Shown one piece after another: positions 32,601 through 64,000 of a stretch of DNA of 64,000 nt (positions are counted from its first letter, which is position 1; the number at the start of each line of letters is the position of its first letter). Origin of the DNA: Felis catus (lineage: Eukaryota); contig NC_058383.1 in the NCBI RefSeq assembly GCF_018350175.1, positions 39,680,001 to 39,744,000 of the forward strand, given 5' to 3'. The notes below the pieces were generated by a model. It saw only the letters and a program-made list of their open reading frames with translations. It had not been told where the DNA came from and did not search any database. The position numbers were made by a program, and so were the translations under genes.

Positions 32601-33717
32601 ACAACCGCAAGGTCAACTTCCACACGGAGTACAGCTGCGGCACGGCGGCCATCCGGGGCACCAAGGAGCTGGGGGAGGGCCAGCATTTCTGGGAGATCAA
32701 GATGACCTCTCCCGTCTATGGCACCGACATGGTAAGCAGCTGGGGGGCGGGGGGCAGGAGTGCCTCCACGGCCCAGGCCCGCCCCCCACCTCCCCAGCTG
32801 GCGGGCCTTGGCAGGCCCTTGACCCCCTGTGCCCGCCCTGCTCTCCCCAGATGGTGGGCATTGGGACATCAGACGTGGATCTGGACAAGTATCATCACAC
32901 ATTCTGCAGCCTGCTCGGCAGGGACGAGGACAGCTGGGGCCTCTCCTATACGGGTGCGCGGGGCACTGCGGCCGGTGGGGCGGGCGGGAGGCCGGGGCGG
33001 CATGGCTCACCCCTCCGCACCGCCCCCCGCCCCCCAGGGCTCCTCCACCACAAGGGCGACAAGATGAGCTTCTCGTCGAGATTCGGCCAGGGCTCCATCA
33101 TTGGTGTGCACCTGGACACCTGGCACGGCACGCTGACCTTCTTCAAGAACAGGAAGTGCATAGGTGAGGGTGGCTGGGCCCGGGCCCCCGGGGCCGGCAG
33201 CTGGAGCCCCAGACCAAGCACCCCAGGCTCCCCAAGGGGCTGTCCTCACAGAAGCCTGAGGCGCCGGGATCCCCGGCGCGAGAGTCGTCAGGGATGTCCG
33301 TGTCCTCGGATGCCGTCGGGGGCCACGCAGCCCCCACAGGGGGCCAGAGCTCAGGCTATGCTCCCTGCTCCCGCAGGCGTGGCGGCCACCAAGCTGCAGA
33401 ACAAGAAGTTCTACCCGATGGTGTGCTCCACCGCGGCCAAGAGCAGCATGAAGGTGATCCGCTCGTGCGCCAGCGTCACGTCCCTGCAGTTCCTGTGCTG
33501 CTACCGCCTGCGCCAGCTGCGGCCCGACTCCGGGGACACGCTGGAGGGTCTGCCCCTGCCGCCGGGCCTGAAGCAGGTGCTGCGCCACAAGCTGGGCTGG
33601 GTCCTGAGCATGAGCTGTGGCCGCCACAAGCCCCCCGCGCCCTCGCCCAAGGCCATGGCCGATCCCGGCGGCCCTGAGACCCGGCGCTGCCAGAGGAAGC
33701 GCTGCCGACGGACCTAA
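29661..33717 (+). CDS. SPSB3: SPRY domain- and SOCS box-containing protein 3, 353 aa
   Basis: Coding exons 29661-29786, 32273-32450, 32544-32731, 32851-32953, 33038-33163 and 33377-33717, total 1062 nt. N-terminus [24 protein letters not shown] domain ([21 protein letters not shown]) and SOCS box (SLQFLCC...[11 protein letters not shown]). Confidence 0.97.
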
Positions 33718-34082
33718 CTTGTCTTCCAACGAAAACTGCTTTTCCGGGCCGAGGTGGCGCGTTCTCCGTCCCTCCCTTTTGGGCCACGCTCCAGGGCAGC
33801 AGACAGGACGGAGCTGAGGTCCGTCCCTCTGCCACCCGAGGCTGGGACAGGCCCTGCGCTCCTGAAAGCAGAACCGTCCAAGGGCACCTGCTTCCTGCGC
33901 TGGGTGTGGGGGCAGCCGTCCTGGCTCTTTGGGACTGACTGCGGGCCCGGGCGGCTGTTGTGGGCTGCGGAGGACACACGTCAGAGGCGGCACCGCGGCT
34001 GCCGCCAGCCGGGGCTCTTTCTTAACTTGCCTTTTGCATGTCGTCAGCTGCTGTTTCTCCCGTCCCAGGCTGAAATGACCCT

Positions 34083-34088
34083 AATAAA
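34083..34088 (+). terminator. SPSB3 polyadenylation signal
   Basis: AATAAA 366 nt after the stop. Confidence 0.8.
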
Positions 34089-34525
34089 CTCGGCGTTTGG
34101 GCAACGCCTCGCGGTGGTGGTGGGACGAGGCCTGGGGCTCTTTCCTTATCAGGTCCAGCTGCGTTACGGTGCTTTCCAGGAGACAGCCTGGCTGTGTTTC
34201 CTCCCGCAAGACCCCCTCTTACCGCTTCTTCCCCTTCCTGACCATTCCGCTGGGGCACCAGGCCCGTAGCCGCCGTGGACAGGACCCAGGGCAGGGGAAC
34301 CTCACCGCCACCCTCTCCAGCCAGCGTGGCAGCTCCTGGCAAGAGCGTCATCTCCTGCTCCTCCCGGCACCACCCCCTCGGGGCCAGGGGGCCAGACCTG
34401 ACTGAGCATTCCACCCTCCCATCCCCCACATGCAGCGCTGTTCCCTTCCCTCGGCCTGTGGTAGTTTCCAGTTAACCCGCTAGGCAGGGCAGGCGGTGTA
34501 CCCCCTTCTGGTCCTGCGGACGTGG

Positions 34526-38376
<3,851 letters not shown>

Positions 38377-38673
38377 AACGCCAGAGCGGGCAGGCTGTCG
38401 GGGAAGCGTAGGGCGCTGGGCCCCGGTGTGAGAGCGAGAATGAACCCCCGGGAGCTTGCATCCGACCCGCCCCCCGCGACTTGTGCTGAAAAGGACGGGC
38501 CGTTGCCCCTGTGTCTTTCCTTTGTCCCCCAGCTCTGTGATGGCTGCTGGGGGGAAGCCGCGGGCGGCGGGGCTGGCCGTGTGCCGCCCTCGCGCTGGCG
38601 CCTGTACCTTCCAGGCTCTTTCCCCGTCCCCGTCGCGTGCGGCCTCTGCCGGGACTCGGGCAGACTGCACGCG

Positions 38674-38679
38674 AATAAA
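38674..38679 (+). terminator. MRPS34 polyadenylation signal
   Basis: AATAAA followed by a GT/T-rich downstream element (gtgtggtttctttg). Confidence 0.85.
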
Positions 38680-38889
38680 GGCAGAAGCCATAGCCTTGGG
38701 GTGTGGTTTCTTTGAGTTTGGGGCTGGGTTGGAGAAGTCTGGGGCTTGGGGAGCGCCCGGCGGGTGTCGCAGGGGTCCTGGGGTGGGCGTGAGCCTCAGC
38801 GCCCGCGCCCGCCCTCCGGGCCGCGGCCCGGCCCCTTTAAGCGCAGGCCCCGCCCGGTCCGAGCCGCTGCCACCACCGCCGCCGCCATC

Positions 38890-39737
38890 ATGATCTGCCT
38901 GGTGCTGACGGTGCTGGCCCACCTCTTCCCGGCGGGTGAGCGGCGCGGGCCGGGGCGGGCCGCCGGGGCAGAGGCGGGGGGCGGACGGGCCTGACGCGCC
39001 GCGCCCCGCGGGTCCCCGCAGCCTGCGCCGGCGTGCACGAGCGCACCTTCCTGGCCGTGAAGCCCGACGGCGTGCAGCGGCGGCTCGTGGGCGAGATCGT
39101 GCGGCGCTTCGAGAGGAAAGGCTTCAAGCTGGTGGCGCTGAAGCTGGTGCAGGTGAGGGAGGGCGGGGGCGGGGGCGGGGCGCAGGGCGCAGGGAGAAGC
39201 GGGCGGGGGTCCCGGCGCGCGCGGCCCGACCCCACCCCGGCCCGCCGCAGGCCTCGGAGGAACTGCTGCGTGAGCACTACGCCGAACTACGCGAGCGCCC
39301 CTTCTACGGCCGCCTGGTGGACTACATGGGCTCGGGGCCGGTGGTGGCCATGGTGAGTGCCGGCCGCGGGCGGGAGGGCGGGCGGTCCGTCCCTGGCCTC
39401 GCGCCGAGCACCCCGCCGACCCGCTCACAGGTGTGGCAGGGGCTGGACGTGGTGCGCGCCTCGAGGGCCCTCATCGGGGCCACGGACCCGGCCGACGCGG
39501 CGCCCGGCACCATCCGCGGGGACTTCTGCGTCGAGGTTGGCAAGTAAGGCCGCCAGAGCTTGCGCCCAGCCCGTCGCGACGCCGCAGTGGCCGCCGGCGC
39601 TCACGCGGCTCTCCCGCAGGAACGTGATCCACGGCAGCGACTCGGTGGAGAGCGCCCGCCGCGAGATCGCCCTCTGGTTCCGCGGCGACGAGCTGCTGTG
39701 CTGGGAGGACAGCGCCGGGCACTGGCTGTACGAGTAG
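38890..39737 (+). CDS. NME3: Nucleoside diphosphate kinase 3, 169 aa
   Basis: Exons 38890-38935, 39022-39152, 39251-39352, 39431-39543 and 39620-39737, total 510 nt. Hydrophobic N-terminus [36 protein letters not shown] and catalytic NVIHGSD. Confidence 0.98.
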
Positions 39738-39829
39738 CCCTGCCCGCGGGCCCCAGGGGCCGCCCGGTTTGCGACCCGCCTGGAAACGCACTCGGGCCAG
39801 CGCTGAGGCTGGCCGGCACTTCTGTTTAC

Positions 39830-39835
39830 AATAAA
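39830..39835 (+). terminator. NME3 polyadenylation signal
   Basis: AATAAA 93 nt after the stop. Confidence 0.85.
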
Positions 39836-39895
39836 GTGAAGTGCTTATGCTCACGTTGGTCTGGGCCCAGGGACACGGAGCTACGTGTTAAGACA

Positions 39896-39901
39896 TTTAT
39901 T
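39896..39901 (-). terminator. MAPK8IP3 polyadenylation signal
   Basis: tttatt on the + strand, about 1.25 kb past the stop, with a TGTA element just upstream on the minus strand. Confidence 0.85.
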
Positions 39902-41157
39902 ACATACAGAGCAGATACGTGGGTTTGCTTGCAGGGCCAAAGCCTGAGGAGAATGTCCGCCCAGCCCCTCCCCCCCAGCCGCACCCACCCAGCTAGCCCC
40001 CGAGTCACTGCACGGCCTGTGGGAACAGACAAGGGACTAAACGTACATCACAGTGGAGGGTGGCAGGGTGGTGGGGGGAAGCCTGCAGCTGCATGGGGCT
40101 GTGGCCAGGCCGGCTGGGCTCCTGGGGAGGCTGCCGGAGATGTGTGCTTCTCTGGTGGGAGGTGGGTGGGCAGCAGGGCCGGGGGCTGCCCCAACCAGCG
40201 CCCCTCTCCAGTAGGTTCAGGGAGCAGCAGTCCAGGGCGGCACCCCTCAAAGCAAGTGGCCATCCACACCCAGAGCCGGCCACACTGCCAGCCCTAGGCA
40301 CTTAGAGTGTGTCTCGGGAGCTGGGCTCCTTGGAAACTGTGGGAGGCAGTCCCCAGACAAGTTCCCCTGTCACCCTGAGGCTGAGCCTGTATCTTAGGAC
40401 CGACCCCAGGAGAGGCCAGGGGCCTCCCCCTTCTTCCTGAGGCCTGGGCTTGCCCTGGCAGCCTGAGAAATTCCACCCTAGGGGTTTCTGGGATGGGTAG
40501 GACTCCAGAGCCTGCTCCTGCCAGGGGGTCTCCTGCCCGACAGAGCGAGCAGAAAGAGGGCAGCTGCCTTAGGCAGGCTGGTCACGCGCTTTCATGCCAG
40601 TTCCCGGGGTGGCAGGGAGCGGGGTGGGGAGCGTCCAGGGAAGGCTGGTGGCTGGGCCGGCCCCCCTAGGGTCAGGCCCCCCCTTCAGGCAGCAGGCAAA
40701 GGCTAGTGGGCTCCGGCTGGGAAGACTTGGCGGGCGGAAATCCCTGCCTCCTGTTCCAGGAGCACGGGAAGTGGGGGGCACCGGGGGGGAGCTGGGAGCT
40801 GCCTGTAGGGCCTCTTCCCAGCCTGACCTACCACGGGATCCTGCCTCGCTCTGGCCCCAAAGGGCCCCTGGGACGTGGGAACTTGGGATGGGGGGCCGGC
40901 CACAAGCTGCCGGGGAAAGCACGTCTGTCTGGAGAGGTCCTTCCCCTCCCTGGTGAGAGCGCCACCCGGGTTCCCTGCCTCCCTGACCCACGTTGCCGCC
41001 CGCTGTCGGGGACGCCCGGCCGTAAGGTGAAAGCTGCAGGTTGAGAGGTTAGAAGAGGGGCTGGCGCCGGGCTGCCTGCAGGGCGGGCAGTGGGCAGGCG
41101 GGCGGGGTCGTATGTACACGTTGGCGTCGGGCAGGAGGGGCGCCGGAAGCCGAAGCC

Positions 41158-63898
<22,741 letters not shown>

Positions 63899-64000
63899 CT
63901 GAAACGTGAGGGAGAGAGGAAGGAAGCGCACATTAGAGGTGGCTCACCACTCGAGAATGGGACTCGCTCTGGACACGCAGGGGCCTGCTCTGAGGGAGCG

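Noticed and set aside
33007-33993. 328-aa ORF antisense to SPSB3
   Set aside because: Mirror frame of GC3-rich coding exons.

Overview
Eukaryotic, very GC-rich, gene-dense mammalian DNA. The young tRNA-derived Can-SINEs look like the felid (SINEC_Fc-type) family, and gene order matches human 16p13.3. In window order: the 3' part of HAGH (+, last 4 exons), IGFALS (+, 605 aa), NUBP2 (-, 271 aa), SPSB3 (+, 353 aa), EME2 (-, 370 aa), MRPS34 (+, 220 aa), NME3 (+, 169 aa), and most of MAPK8IP3/JIP3 (-, its 5' exons lie beyond the window and an N-gap interrupts one exon). I rebuilt the exons by hand from GT-AG sites and all complete genes give intact frames. The window also holds two bidirectional CpG-island promoters, a GH/STAT5 element upstream of IGFALS, about 12 Can-SINEs, old L1/MLT1/MIR relics and two G-rich minisatellites. 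There is no CRISPR array or prokaryote-type system, and the genes are all known. The most promising undescribed features are regulatory. An AT-rich splicing hub in a MAPK8IP3 intron has candidate micro, poison and terminal exons. A microexon pair is flanked by a VNTR and a distant branch point. EME2 may form a long antisense overlap with SPSB3. Three SPSB3 introns are in frame and stop-free, and the EME2/MRPS34/NME3/MAPK8IP3 promoters and terminators are extremely compact. Orthologue comparisons are from memory, not from a database search.
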